Positions 9,222-17,901 of a stretch of DNA of 34,790 nucleotides are shown piece after piece. Every line of letters begins with the position of its first letter. The first letter of the stretch is position 1. The translations under genes were made by a program, and so were the position numbers. The stretch lies in assembly GCA_014729815.1 (NCBI GenBank), contig WJJG01000412.1:1-34790 (forward strand), written 5' to 3'. The notes below the pieces were generated by a model. That model worked only from the letters and a program-made list of their open reading frames with translations, did not search any database and was not told where the DNA came from. This DNA comes from Candidatus Eiseniibacteriota bacterium. GTDB lineage: Bacteria; Eisenbacteria; RBG-16-71-46; CAIMUX01; WJJG01.

Positions 9222-9988
9222 CTCGCCGTATACCCGCCATCGATCACCAGCTCGCTGCCGGTGACGAACTTCGCTTCATCGCTCGCCAGGTACAGGATCC
9301 CGTAGGCGACATCCTCGGGCTCCCCGACGTGCCCGATCGGATGTCGCTGGCTCACCTGCTCGCGGAACGCGTCCGGCTCCTCTCCCGACTTCTTGGCGAA
9401 GTCCCGGACCATCGGCGTCCAGATGAACCCCGGATGGACCGAATTGACCCGGATCCGATCGCCGGCGTACAGCAGCGCGTCCGTCTTGGTCATCAGGCGC
9501 ACCGCGCCCTTGGATGCATGATACGAGGGCACGTCGGGCGCGCTGACGATGCCGTAGATCGAGGAGAGATTGATGATGCTCCCGCCTCCCGCCGCGCGCA
9601 TGTGCGGGATCGCATGCTTCGTGCAGAGGAAGACGCCCAGCGTGTTGATCCTCTGCACCGCTTCCCACTCTTCCTGCGTCAGCCGGTCGGTGGGCTTGTT
9701 GGCGCCGGAGATGCCGGCGTTGTTCACGAGGACATCCAGGTGGCCAAAGCGATCGACCACCTCTGCGAAGGTCCCCATCACCCCAGACTCATCAGAGACG
9801 TCGAGCGTCCAGAACTCGGCTTCCCCGTCCTGCGCGCGGATCTCCTCGGTGACCTGCCGGCCCTCCTCCTCGGCCACATCGGTGACCGCCACCTGGGCCC
9901 CCTGAGCCGCCAGATGCAGGCAGGCCGATTTGCCGATGCCCTTCGCACCGCCGGTCACGATAGCAACCTTGCCTTTGACTCGATCCAT
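9218..9988 (-). CDS. Short-chain dehydrogenase/reductase (classical SDR)
   Basis: TGGAKGIGK glycine motif; NNAG; catalytic YHASK (Y..K). GGGAGG lies upstream. Start taken at the second ATG (9988), which gives SD spacing ~8; the ATG at 9994 is also possible. The stop overlaps the apgM stop as CTAG. Confidence 0.75.
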   Translation of the reverse strand: MDRVKGKVAIVTGGAKGIGKSACLHLAAQGAQVAVTDVAEEEGRQVTEEIRAQDGEAEFWTLDVSDESGVMGTFAEVVDRFGHLDVLVNNAGISGANKPTDRLTQEEWEAVQRINTLGVFLCTKHAIPHMRAAGGGSIINLSSIYGIVSAPDVPSYHASKGAVRLMTKTDALLYAGDRIRVNSVHPGFIWTPMVRDFAKKSGEEPDAFREQVSQRHPIGHVGEPEDVAYGILYLASDEAKFVTGSELVIDGGYTAS

Positions 9989-10073
9989 AGCCATATCCTC
10001 CCTGGCGGCGACATCGATGCACCGCCCGGATCCCCTGACGCCGTCGCTGCGAGCGAAGGAACGGAGGCCTTCC

Positions 10074-10499
10074 CTACGCGGCCGGAGCGACCAGATAGGC
10101 GGCAACCACCGCGATCGCCAAGGCCACGATCAGGGCCCAGAAGAATGCGCCGAACAGCGCCACGCGGGCCACTTCCCGCGTCTGGGCGGGCGGTTGATCC
10201 GACTCCGCCTCCCGCGTCGTCGGCGGGCGGCGAGTCGGCGGCGCCAGGGCCAGCAACAGCAGTGCCAGGCCCACCCCCACGGCCAGCGCCGGCCACCAGT
10301 GCGCGTACCACGGCCCCGGTCCGACCGGAGCCAGCCAGACGGCGCCCGCCCAGGCCACGAGCAGAATCGTGACGAAGGCGAAGATCGCCGACGGCCAGGC
10401 GTCGCCCCGAGCCGGATGACGCCAGCCCACCATGCTCACCAGAACGACACTCAAGACCACCCCAATGATGATCGCGAAGACGAGATCCATCAGGAACAC
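10074..10499 (-). CDS. Hypothetical small membrane protein (~4 predicted TM segments), Pro/Arg-rich loop
   Basis: Strongly hydrophobic segments. A GTG start at 10499 has AGGAGG 5 nt upstream. Confidence 0.45.
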   Translation of the reverse strand: MFLMDLVFAIIIGVVLSVVLVSMVGWRHPARGDAWPSAIFAFVTILLVAWAGAVWLAPVGPGPWYAHWWPALAVGVGLALLLLALAPPTRRPPTTREAESDQPPAQTREVARVALFGAFFWALIVALAIAVVAAYLVAPAA

Positions 10500-10642
10500 G
10501 CTTGCCTCCTTCTACCTACGCGCCCTGGTCGCTGCGCACGCACTGGCGGGTCACGGTCGCCTCGCGCTCCTGCTCGAGATCCGTACGCTTGCAAGCGCGC
10601 GCATTCGCAGGCCATGCCGAACCCGTCGCGGCCACGGCGGCG

Positions 10643-11173
10643 CTACCCTACCTGCGCGGACGTCAGCGCCGCGATGATGGCCCGGCAGAAGGCGGGCAGA
10701 TCCCCAGGATGGCGCGACGTGATCAGGTGTCCATCCTGTACGACCTCCGCATCGACCCACTCCGCACCGGCGTGCACCAGATCGGCCCGGATCGAGAAGA
10801 AGCTCGTCACCCGGCGGCCCTCAAGAATGTCGGCCGAGGCCAGCATCCAGCCGGCATGGCAGATCGCGGCGATCGGCTTGCCGGCCGTGTGCATGCGCTG
10901 CACGAACTCGATCATCTCCGGCACGCGGCGCATGTGATCCGGCGCGTAGCCGCCCGGAATGACCAAGGCGTCGAAATCGTCGGAGCTGGTCTCGCGGATC
11001 GCCCGCTGCGATTCGACCGTTGTGCCCTGTTTGCCCCGCCACTTCCCTTCCTCGGGACCGATGACGGTCACCTCGGCACCCGCCTCCTGCAGGCGCAATC
11101 GCGGATACCAGAGCTCCAGATCCTCGAACTGCGGAGCCACGAAGATGGCGATCCGCCTCCCGCTGAGCTGCAT
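10643..11173 (-). CDS. DJ-1/PfpI family protein (YhbO/PfpI-like general stress protein)
   Basis: RIAIF...EDLEL...ALVIPGG and IAAICHAGWML, carrying the nucleophile-elbow Cys. 176 aa is the typical length. Confidence 0.8.
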   Translation of the reverse strand: MQLSGRRIAIFVAPQFEDLELWYPRLRLQEAGAEVTVIGPEEGKWRGKQGTTVESQRAIRETSSDDFDALVIPGGYAPDHMRRVPEMIEFVQRMHTAGKPIAAICHAGWMLASADILEGRRVTSFFSIRADLVHAGAEWVDAEVVQDGHLITSRHPGDLPAFCRAIIAALTSAQVG

Positions 11174-11434
11174 GGCTGCCTCCCGGAATCATTTGGGGTA
11201 AGCGTGCATTCGTCTGCAGCCAGGGTGCCTTCGGGTTGCCGGCCCGGATACCGGGGATCCCGCCAATCGGTCCTAGGGCGCTTCGACGTTTGCGGACGGG
11301 CGTCGCGCCCACCATGCAGCTCTCGGGAGAACCCCCATCCTCCTGCCCGGAGAGCACCGGGCAGGCGCAACTGCAGCCACCGGATGACGGGGCGGCTCGC
11401 GGTATGGTATGCACGCCAGCAAGGAGGTACACCG

Positions 11435-12940
11435 ATGCACAAGCGACCCCGCGTCCTCGGTGGGACGGGACGGACTCCGCTCCACCGCGTCGGACGCATG
11501 CTGCTTCTGATCACCCTCGGCCTGGCCCTAACGGCGATTCCCGCCCGGGGACAGCCCGACCCCGCGTCAACGGACGAGATCAGCGACGCCACCCTCACAG
11601 CGGCGGTTCGCCAGCGACTGGCCAACGACTACGGCGTGTTGGCCGGAGAGATCGACGTCTCCACGACATCGGGCATCGTCACCCTGGCCGGTGCGGTGGA
11701 TCATATTCTGGCTCGCCAGCGAGCTGTCGAGCTCACCGGCACGCTGCGCGGTGTGCGGGGGGTGATCGACCGGTTGCGCGTCGAGCCGGTCTCCCGTACC
11801 GACGAGGAGATCCGCACTGACGTGGAAGTCGCCCTGCGGCTCAATCCTGCGGTCTCCTTCGACGATCTCGAGGTCGAGGTCCAGAGCGCGGTCGTTACGC
11901 TGCGTGGTGAGCTCGAATCGCTTGCGATGCAGCAGGCCGCCGCGCGGGCGGTCTACGGCGTGCGGGGCGTGCGCGACCTGATCGATCGGACCTCGCTCGA
12001 GGCGATCGCGCCGCGCAGCGATGCCGAGCTACGCGATGAGATCCAACAGCGCCTGCGTGCCGACGCCCGCGTGCGTGCCGATCGCATCACGGTCGCGGTT
12101 CGCGATCGCAACGTCACCCTGCGTGGTGTCGTCGGCTGCCCGGCCGAGCGGCAGGCTGCTGCCCGCGCCGCGGCTGTCCTGGGCGTGCGCCAGATCGATG
12201 CCGATTCACTGGTCGCGGACTGGGAGCGCTGCCAACTGCTGCGGGCCGATCTCCAGGAACGCATCGTCGAGCTCGGCGATCGAGAGATCGCCGAAGCGGT
12301 GCGGCTCGCTCTGGAGCTCGACCCACGAGTCGATCCAGTGGGCATCCAGGTCGAGGTCTCCGACCACGTCGCCACGCTCACCGGCAGCGTGGCGACGATG
12401 GGCGCCGCCGAGGCCGCCGAGGAGGACGCCCGGCACACCACCGGCGTTTGGTCGGTGCGCAGCCATCTGCTGGTGCGCCCCGAAAGCGTGCCTCCCGATG
12501 GCCGTCTGGAGGCCGAGATTCACGCGGCCCTGCAGCGCAATCCGTATGTCGCCGCCGACTCGATCAGCGTGGTGGTCAACAGCGGGCGCACCTATCTCTT
12601 CGGAGCCGTCGACAACGCCTTCACCGAAGCGGAGATTCTGCGCGTGGTCGGCGAAGTGCCCGGCGTGATCGTGGTTTCGAATAATCTGACGCTGGGCCGC
12701 GATGCCCGTCAGAAGTCGGATCGACAGCTCCGGCACGATGTGCGCAACGAGATCTGGTGGACCCCAATGGTCGATGCCGACGAGGTGATTGTCGAGGTGC
12801 GTGACGGTATCGTCACGCTGCTCGGGGATGTGGATTCGGCCACAGAGCGGCGCGAGGCGGCTGCGGCGACCCGGCGCGCGGGCGCCCGGGTAGTGATCAA
12901 TCGCCTGAAGATCAACGGCGAGATCGTGCTCCCGGGATAG
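11435..12940 (+). CDS. Secreted multi-BON-domain protein (paralog of 2075..3604), 501 aa
   Basis: Track ORF 10502..12940 trimmed to ATG 11435, which has AAGGAGG 7 nt upstream. N-terminal hydrophobic segment LLLITLGLALTAIPA. Five BON-like repeats. The C-terminal block DVRNEIWWTPMVDADEVIVEVRDGIVTLLGDVDS parallels DVESELWWSPYVNEEEIAVAVDDGFVTLTGTVDS of the other copy. Confidence 0.75.
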   Translation: MHKRPRVLGGTGRTPLHRVGRMLLLITLGLALTAIPARGQPDPASTDEISDATLTAAVRQRLANDYGVLAGEIDVSTTSGIVTLAGAVDHILARQRAVELTGTLRGVRGVIDRLRVEPVSRTDEEIRTDVEVALRLNPAVSFDDLEVEVQSAVVTLRGELESLAMQQAAARAVYGVRGVRDLIDRTSLEAIAPRSDAELRDEIQQRLRADARVRADRITVAVRDRNVTLRGVVGCPAERQAAARAAAVLGVRQIDADSLVADWERCQLLRADLQERIVELGDREIAEAVRLALELDPRVDPVGIQVEVSDHVATLTGSVATMGAAEAAEEDARHTTGVWSVRSHLLVRPESVPPDGRLEAEIHAALQRNPYVAADSISVVVNSGRTYLFGAVDNAFTEAEILRVVGEVPGVIVVSNNLTLGRDARQKSDRQLRHDVRNEIWWTPMVDADEVIVEVRDGIVTLLGDVDSATERREAAAATRRAGARVVINRLKINGEIVLPG

Positions 12941-13130
12941 CCGTTCCGCGCTCGATGCGGCCGCGCCTCGAAAGAACGCCGCAGCAGGACGTTGCAGCGC
13001 GGCGGGTTCCCCTGCAAAACGGTCCGCCGCGCTGCGAGCCTCCTGCCGGGCGCTGCGTCGCGACGAAGTGGGTGGGATCGACGCCGATCCGCCGCTCGGG
13101 AGCCCTGCATAGGGCGCAAGAAGCCTGTAC

Positions 13131-13574
13131 CTACTGCACGGGAATCCTCTCGCGACTGGTTTGAGGCGACTTGGGCAGCTCGAGATGCAGTACGCCGTCA
13201 CGGAGCTGCGCCTTCGCTTCCTGTGCATCGACCGCCGCCGGGAGCACGACCTCGCGCTCGTAGTGATGGAAGAAGTGACGCTCCTCCTGTGGCGCGCGGC
13301 GATCATCGCGTTGCTGCGCCGCCCGCTCGGCCTCGATGCGCAGCAGCTCCCGATCGAGGGTGACGAGAACCTCCTCCTTACGGAACCCGGGGAGTTCCGC
13401 CTCGACGTAGACGGCTTCGTCATCCTCGTGGACGTCTACCGGATACGACTCCTCTCCCCGGCGCAGCCGATCCGCATCCCACCAGCGGTCGATCGGATGG
13501 CGGCTGCGCCTTCCCGGGGCCATCGGCATATCGTCCCAGTCGCGCATCCTGCGGCGACGACGGATGGGCAGCAT
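13131..13574 (-). CDS. Hsp20/alpha-crystallin family small heat-shock protein
   Basis: Alpha-crystallin domain blocks (VDVHEDDEAVYVEAELPGFRKEEV...VLHLELPK) with an Arg-rich N-terminus. AAGGGAGG lies upstream of ATG 13574. Confidence 0.8.
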   Translation of the reverse strand: MLPIRRRRRMRDWDDMPMAPGRRSRHPIDRWWDADRLRRGEESYPVDVHEDDEAVYVEAELPGFRKEEVLVTLDRELLRIEAERAAQQRDDRRAPQEERHFFHHYEREVVLPAAVDAQEAKAQLRDGVLHLELPKSPQTSRERIPVQ

Positions 13575-13596
13575 TGGAACCTCCCTTCTGCGACGG

Positions 13597-13647
13597 CAGC
13601 CGCGCGCACCAGCAGCGCGCGGCTGCTATTCCGCGTAGCGGAATAGC
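13597..13647 (-). promoter_or_regulatory. Two adjacent perfect hairpins at the baeRF-like/Hsp20 junction; possible attenuator, processing or stability element
   Basis: GCAGCCGCGCGC-accagca-GCGCGCGGCTGC at 13597-13627 (12-bp stem). GCTATTCCGC-gta-GCGGAATAGC at 13625-13647 (10-bp stem), which encodes the last 7 codons plus stop of the upstream gene. No U-tract; the Hsp20 SD begins about 10 nt after the stems. Confidence 0.4.
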
Positions 13648-14831
13648 GCGGCGGCCACCGCGTCCTGTGGCAGAGTCTCGGCGTCCTGCAGATGGACGCG
13701 TCCGCCCCCGTTGAGGACCCGTACGGCCGCCCAGTTGAGCAGTTCCTCATGACCGGCCTGCCTGTGAAGCCGCACCTCCCGCGGCGGTTCATTCGGCGTC
13801 AGCCTCGGCGCCCAGCGCCGCGCATCCGGGGCCACGAAGAGGGCCTCGATCCGGTGCGCGGTCGCCGCCGCAGCGATCTCCGTGAGCAGCGTCGAGGCGG
13901 CTCTGGTCCCGACGTGGCGTCGCAGCCGATCCAGATCGGCGCGCCGCTGCAGTTCGATCTCCGCCTCCACGTGCGGCCAGACGGCATCGCGCAATTCGTG
14001 GGGGGTCCTGCGGCGCGGGTCGGTCGACAGCTCCGCATCCAGCAGGTGCGCGTAGTGGTTAGCCTGCCGGTAGAGAGGCAGCAGGTATTCGGTGCCGGCC
14101 AGAACGAGAGGATCCTGTCCGTGCGCGTGTAGCCAAGGCGCCAGCACGTTGTCGAGCTGCTGGAAGAACTGAAGCAGATCCTTCTTCTGCAGGCTGTCGT
14201 CCACTCCTCCGCCGCCATGACCGTGGTAGATGGCCGCGCGCCTCTGACCCCTTTGGCTTTGGGGCGTACCGGTATGGAACTGCAGATGACGTTCATCCTC
14301 CGATCGCTGCGGTAGCTCCTCGATCGAATGCGGCAGATCCGGTACGTCAATCTTCTCAGCGGACAGACGCGAGGCGCGGATTACGCGGACGCCGGGCGGC
14401 TCTAGGGCCAGGATGTGAAGCCGTTCCGCCGCCGCTTCGGCGGCCGGTAGGAGCGGCAGGATCCGGAATCGCCGGTCGACAAAGACCTCCTCCGGCGCAT
14501 CCCCGGGAAAGTCCGCCACGTAGACGTCACCGCGCCGCGCGAAGATGCCTACCGCGCCACCCGTGCCATCGCTGCCTCGCCCGCTCACCAGATCGAGCCC
14601 GCGATGCGGCAGCTCCTGCACGGGCGAGAGGATCTCCTCGGCCCCGCTGACATCCACTTCGAATTCGAGCAGCCTGCGGGCTGCCGAACGCACGTGATTG
14701 GCGAAGCGGGTTCCCGCCGTCTGAGCGGCATCTGCGGTTCCGGTTGGCATATAGATCGATACACAGGCTTCGCCCTCATGCCGCAGGAGCTGCTTCCAGT
14801 TCCCCTCGCTGCCCAAGCTCAATCGTTGCAA
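13626..14831 (-). CDS. Hypothetical protein with eRF1/Pelota-like central domain (bacterial eRF1-like, baeRF-type); function unknown
   Basis: The central region (RLHILALEPPGVRVIRA ... TPQSQRGQRRAAIYHGHGGG ... LQFFQQLDNVLAPWL...PLVLAGTEYLLPLY) parallels the eRF1 M-domain layout. A Gln-containing loop sits where GGQ would be. Assignment is by eye only. Confidence 0.4.
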   Translation of the reverse strand: MQRLSLGSEGNWKQLLRHEGEACVSIYMPTGTADAAQTAGTRFANHVRSAARRLLEFEVDVSGAEEILSPVQELPHRGLDLVSGRGSDGTGGAVGIFARRGDVYVADFPGDAPEEVFVDRRFRILPLLPAAEAAAERLHILALEPPGVRVIRASRLSAEKIDVPDLPHSIEELPQRSEDERHLQFHTGTPQSQRGQRRAAIYHGHGGGGVDDSLQKKDLLQFFQQLDNVLAPWLHAHGQDPLVLAGTEYLLPLYRQANHYAHLLDAELSTDPRRRTPHELRDAVWPHVEAEIELQRRADLDRLRRHVGTRAASTLLTEIAAAATAHRIEALFVAPDARRWAPRLTPNEPPREVRLHRQAGHEELLNWAAVRVLNGGGRVHLQDAETLPQDAVAAALFRYAE

Positions 14832-15020
14832 GCTGTATTCTCCCCTTCTCCAGCGTTCTCAGATCTTGCGGGATCGACTGCCGGTGACACCCGTCCCTCA
14901 CCGGACCCGCTCCGGCCCTCAGATACAGCAACCAGATAGCGCGATTCGTGGGGGCGGGGAATCGGCAGTCAGCGGTTTTCGGATTGGCCGCTTGCCCCAT
15001 CATCGCCTGGGGGGGAACCC

Positions 15021-16808
15021 CTAGGACGCTTGTGCGGGCCATAAGAGGATGCAGCGGACGAGTGTGCCCGTGTCCTCTGCGCGCCGCACGCTCACCATCG
15101 CGCCGAGCAGACGTGCCCGATAGCGCATGTTGCGCAGCCCGATGCCGTCTGATACGACATCATCGTCCTCGGAGAATCCTACGCCATCGTCGCGGATCTC
15201 CAAAGCAAGACGATCATGGGTCACCTCGAGAGAGATCCCGATCCGCTCGGGCCGCGCATGGCGGACGGCATTGGTCACCGCTTCCTGCGCGATCCGGTAG
15301 AGGTGCTCGGCGGTCGCGGCCGGCAGAGGGTGGAGCTCTCCGGTGAGTTGGAAGGCGCAGCGCATGCCGAAGATCTCCTCGGTTCGCTCAGCGAGCGCTT
15401 TGAGTCCTGACGCCAATTCCCCATCCGGACCGTGGCCAATCGGCGCCAAGTGATGCGAAAGCCCGCGCGCCGTGTCGAGAGCCTCGCGACTCAGACGCAC
15501 GATCTCCTCGGCCTGCTTCCCCAGTCGCTCGTCGCGTTCGGCGGCCTCCGCGGCAAGGCCCTCCGACAGAAGGGCCAGCCCGCTCAACGTCTGCCCCAGG
15601 GAATCGTGGAGCTCCGCCGAAAGCCGTCGCCGCTCGCTTTCGGCGGCCTCGAGTACCGCGCGCTCCATCTGCCGCTGCTCGGTCAAATCCCTCACGAGCC
15701 GCAGCCGCGCCTCCGCGATGCCCGGCGGCGCAGAGAAGTGCGACGCGCGCACCTGCACCCACAGCAGCTCCCCGCTCCGCTTGCGCAGCGCGCAATCACA
15801 GGCTCGGGACAGTTCCGCCGCTCGCCAGTCGCTGCAGTCCGCGATCTCTGCCCACTGTGGATCGAAGAGCTGCCGCTCGGGCATCTCCAGGAGCTCCTCC
15901 ACGCTGTACCCGAGCAACTCCGCCATACGCCGATTGGCGAAGATCGTCGCTCCCCCGGCATCCACGATCCAGATCCCCTCGCTGGTCGTCTCGACGATCT
16001 CCCGAAATTGGGCTTCGCGTTTCGCCAGCGCCCGTTCGGTTGCCAGACGGCGCGTGACGTCCATCGAAACCGCCACCACGCGAGTCGATCCGGCCCGCGT
16101 CAACGGCGCCAGACTCATCAGGTGATAGCGCCCCGAGCGCGATCGCACCAGCGTGTCGACCGGGTTTCCCCGCCGCGCCTCGGCGATCTCCTCGCGCAAC
16201 GCGGCCCCGTCCGCGGCGAACTCCGTCAGCGATCGACCCCGAAGCGCCCGCGGTCGCAGCGTCTCATCCTCCAGGGAGCGTCCTCGCGCAACCAGCACCC
16301 GTCCCTGCTCGTCCAGGTACCAGAACGTGACCGCCAGGCGTCCCGCGGCCAGGCGCAGCAGCCTGCTCAGTCGGCGACTGCGGCGCCGCGCCGCCAAGAA
16401 GCCGGATAGATCGCGAAGCAGGAGGCAGACCATATCGGCTTGTGGCACGTCGATCGGCGCGCCGGTGAACTGGACGTATCTGCTCGCTGGTCCCCGCAGC
16501 CCCATTCGCCACCGCGCGGGGCGGCGCGCGGCATGCTCGAGGAGGGAGCCCAGACGCGACCGGCGCCCCCTCGCGACCAGTTCCCGCAGATCGCGCCCGC
16601 GTAGATCGGTCACGCGCCGTCCCAGCACCTCCTCGACCGCAGGATTGGCGTCGACGATTTGGCCGTCCGTGCGCACGATCAGCGCGGGTTCCGCCAATCC
16701 CGCGAAGAAGTCCCGGCGGAGTTTGTGCGCCCCCTGGCTGGTGTGGGACCCTTCGCGCTCCCGACTCCGGTCCCCGGCCTCGCCGTGCTGAGAATCTCGT
16801 TCTGGCAT
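15021..16808 (-). CDS. Cytoplasmic sensor histidine kinase, multi-PAS, HisKA_3 type (partner of NarL/LuxR regulators)
   Basis: No TM segments. PAS-like repeats (e.g. TSEGIWIVDAGGATIFANRRMAELLGYS). H-box ELHDSLGQTLSGL. C-terminal HATPase (IRDDGVGF...GIGLRNMRYRARLLG). Start ATG 16808 is chosen within track ORF 15021..16883 but has a weak SD, so the start is uncertain. Confidence 0.75.
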   Translation of the reverse strand: MPERDSQHGEAGDRSREREGSHTSQGAHKLRRDFFAGLAEPALIVRTDGQIVDANPAVEEVLGRRVTDLRGRDLRELVARGRRSRLGSLLEHAARRPARWRMGLRGPASRYVQFTGAPIDVPQADMVCLLLRDLSGFLAARRRSRRLSRLLRLAAGRLAVTFWYLDEQGRVLVARGRSLEDETLRPRALRGRSLTEFAADGAALREEIAEARRGNPVDTLVRSRSGRYHLMSLAPLTRAGSTRVVAVSMDVTRRLATERALAKREAQFREIVETTSEGIWIVDAGGATIFANRRMAELLGYSVEELLEMPERQLFDPQWAEIADCSDWRAAELSRACDCALRKRSGELLWVQVRASHFSAPPGIAEARLRLVRDLTEQRQMERAVLEAAESERRRLSAELHDSLGQTLSGLALLSEGLAAEAAERDERLGKQAEEIVRLSREALDTARGLSHHLAPIGHGPDGELASGLKALAERTEEIFGMRCAFQLTGELHPLPAATAEHLYRIAQEAVTNAVRHARPERIGISLEVTHDRLALEIRDDGVGFSEDDDVVSDGIGLRNMRYRARLLGAMVSVRRAEDTGTLVRCILLWPAQAS

Positions 16809-16883
16809 CGGTCCTTCCCGTGACGCAGGCGTCTGGCAATGTCGCTGCAGCCGCATTCTGGGATCCAATCCCCATACGCGCAA

Positions 16884-16916
16884 GCCCGCTTCCTGCCGGT
16901 ACGGCAGCAGCGGGCC
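16884..16916 (-). terminator. Hairpin downstream of dodecin (GCCCGC..CTGCCG-gta-CGGCAG..GCGGGC); candidate terminator separating SOR-dodecin from the kinase gene
   Basis: Nested inverted repeat with one internal bulge, 47 nt after the dodecin stop. On the minus strand it is followed by TTGCGCGTATGGGGATTGG. Confidence 0.3.
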
Positions 16917-16962
16917 GGCTCAGAGCGCCTCTGTGGGAGCCGCCAACGCCTCGTGGACTCCC

Positions 16963-17166
16963 CTACGAGGAGACCACAAAGGTCACCTTCATCGTGACCC
17001 GGTAGGCCGTGATCTTCCCTTCCTGGATCTGGACATCTTGGTCCTTGATCCATGCACTCTGCACGTTGCTCAGGGTCTCCCCGGTTCTGGCGATGCCCTC
17101 GCGGATGGCATCCTCGAACCCCTTCTCGGATTGCGCCGTCACTTCGATGACCTTGGCAATCGACAC
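16963..17166 (-). CDS. Dodecin (small flavin-binding/storage protein)
   Basis: 67 aa. MSIAKVIEVTAQSEKGFEDAIREGIARTGETLSNVQSAWIKDQ matches dodecin family conservation. GTG start with AAGGAGG 7 nt upstream. Confidence 0.7.
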   Translation of the reverse strand: MSIAKVIEVTAQSEKGFEDAIREGIARTGETLSNVQSAWIKDQDVQIQEGKITAYRVTMKVTFVVSS

Positions 17167-17227
17167 TCTTGGCCTCCTTTCGCACTTCGGCAGCGCTGTG
17201 ATCCTGCACGCCGCCCCGACACGGCAT

Positions 17228-17626
17228 CTACTTGTTGACGGTGATCTTCTTCGTGTTCTCCCACAGGCCGTGGATGTTGCAGTAGCTGGCTGCGAGCAGC
17301 GTTCCGCTCTGCTCGGCCTTCATCTGCACCACCGCCTCGTGGTGGGCATACACACCACTGGAGTCCGGTCCATCCGGCGCCGCCCCATGCGCGGCGAACT
17401 CGGCGCGGGCGACCTGGATCGGGAACTTCGTCCCGTCGGGATGGAAGTGCACGTCCACCCAACGGATGTGATGGGCGGTCTCGTTGGGATGCGCCACCTC
17501 CTTCCCCAAGGTGATGCGCACGTCGAAGATCTCGCCCGCCTTGACTTCCTCGGGCGCATCGATCACCGGCACATGCTTCTCCGACTTCCAGTCGGCACTC
17601 TGAAACCGCTCTCCAAACTCGCTCAT
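17228..17626 (-). CDS. sor: Superoxide reductase, 1Fe (neelaredoxin/desulfoferrodoxin centre-II type)
   Basis: EKHVPV motif; His ligands (H..H in IRWVDVHFH); C-terminal CNIHGLWE with Cys and His ligands. Track ORF trimmed to ATG 17626, which has AGAAGGAGG 5 nt upstream. 132 aa. Confidence 0.8.
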   Translation of the reverse strand: MSEFGERFQSADWKSEKHVPVIDAPEEVKAGEIFDVRITLGKEVAHPNETAHHIRWVDVHFHPDGTKFPIQVARAEFAAHGAAPDGPDSSGVYAHHEAVVQMKAEQSGTLLAASYCNIHGLWENTKKITVNK

Positions 17627-17901
17627 GGGATCCTCCTTCTCTACACGACCGGCGTCATGCGCACACGACTCGCTTGCGACTCGTCCCGGTGCGCGAGCCC
17701 GTCGCGCGGACGACACGCACTCTACGACCGCGGCGAAGAGAGAAACATCCGGATGCGGATGATCTGCGCCTGGGGCGTGCCACTAGACAAAGGCAGGGAC
17801 AGGAGGATGTGTGAGGCCGATCAATCGGCGCGGTGGGCGAAGCGCATGGCGTGCAGAGTACTGTCGCAAGGCCCGCATGCCCCGGCGAAGTGGGGGGCGC
17901 G

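Noticed and set aside
14868-14900. GGGATCGACT...GTGACACCCGTCCC upstream of the eRF1-like gene, considered as a DosR-box-like palindrome (GGGAC...GTCCC).
   Set aside because: The reverse-complement comparison shows only the outer 4 bp match. It is not a convincing dyad.
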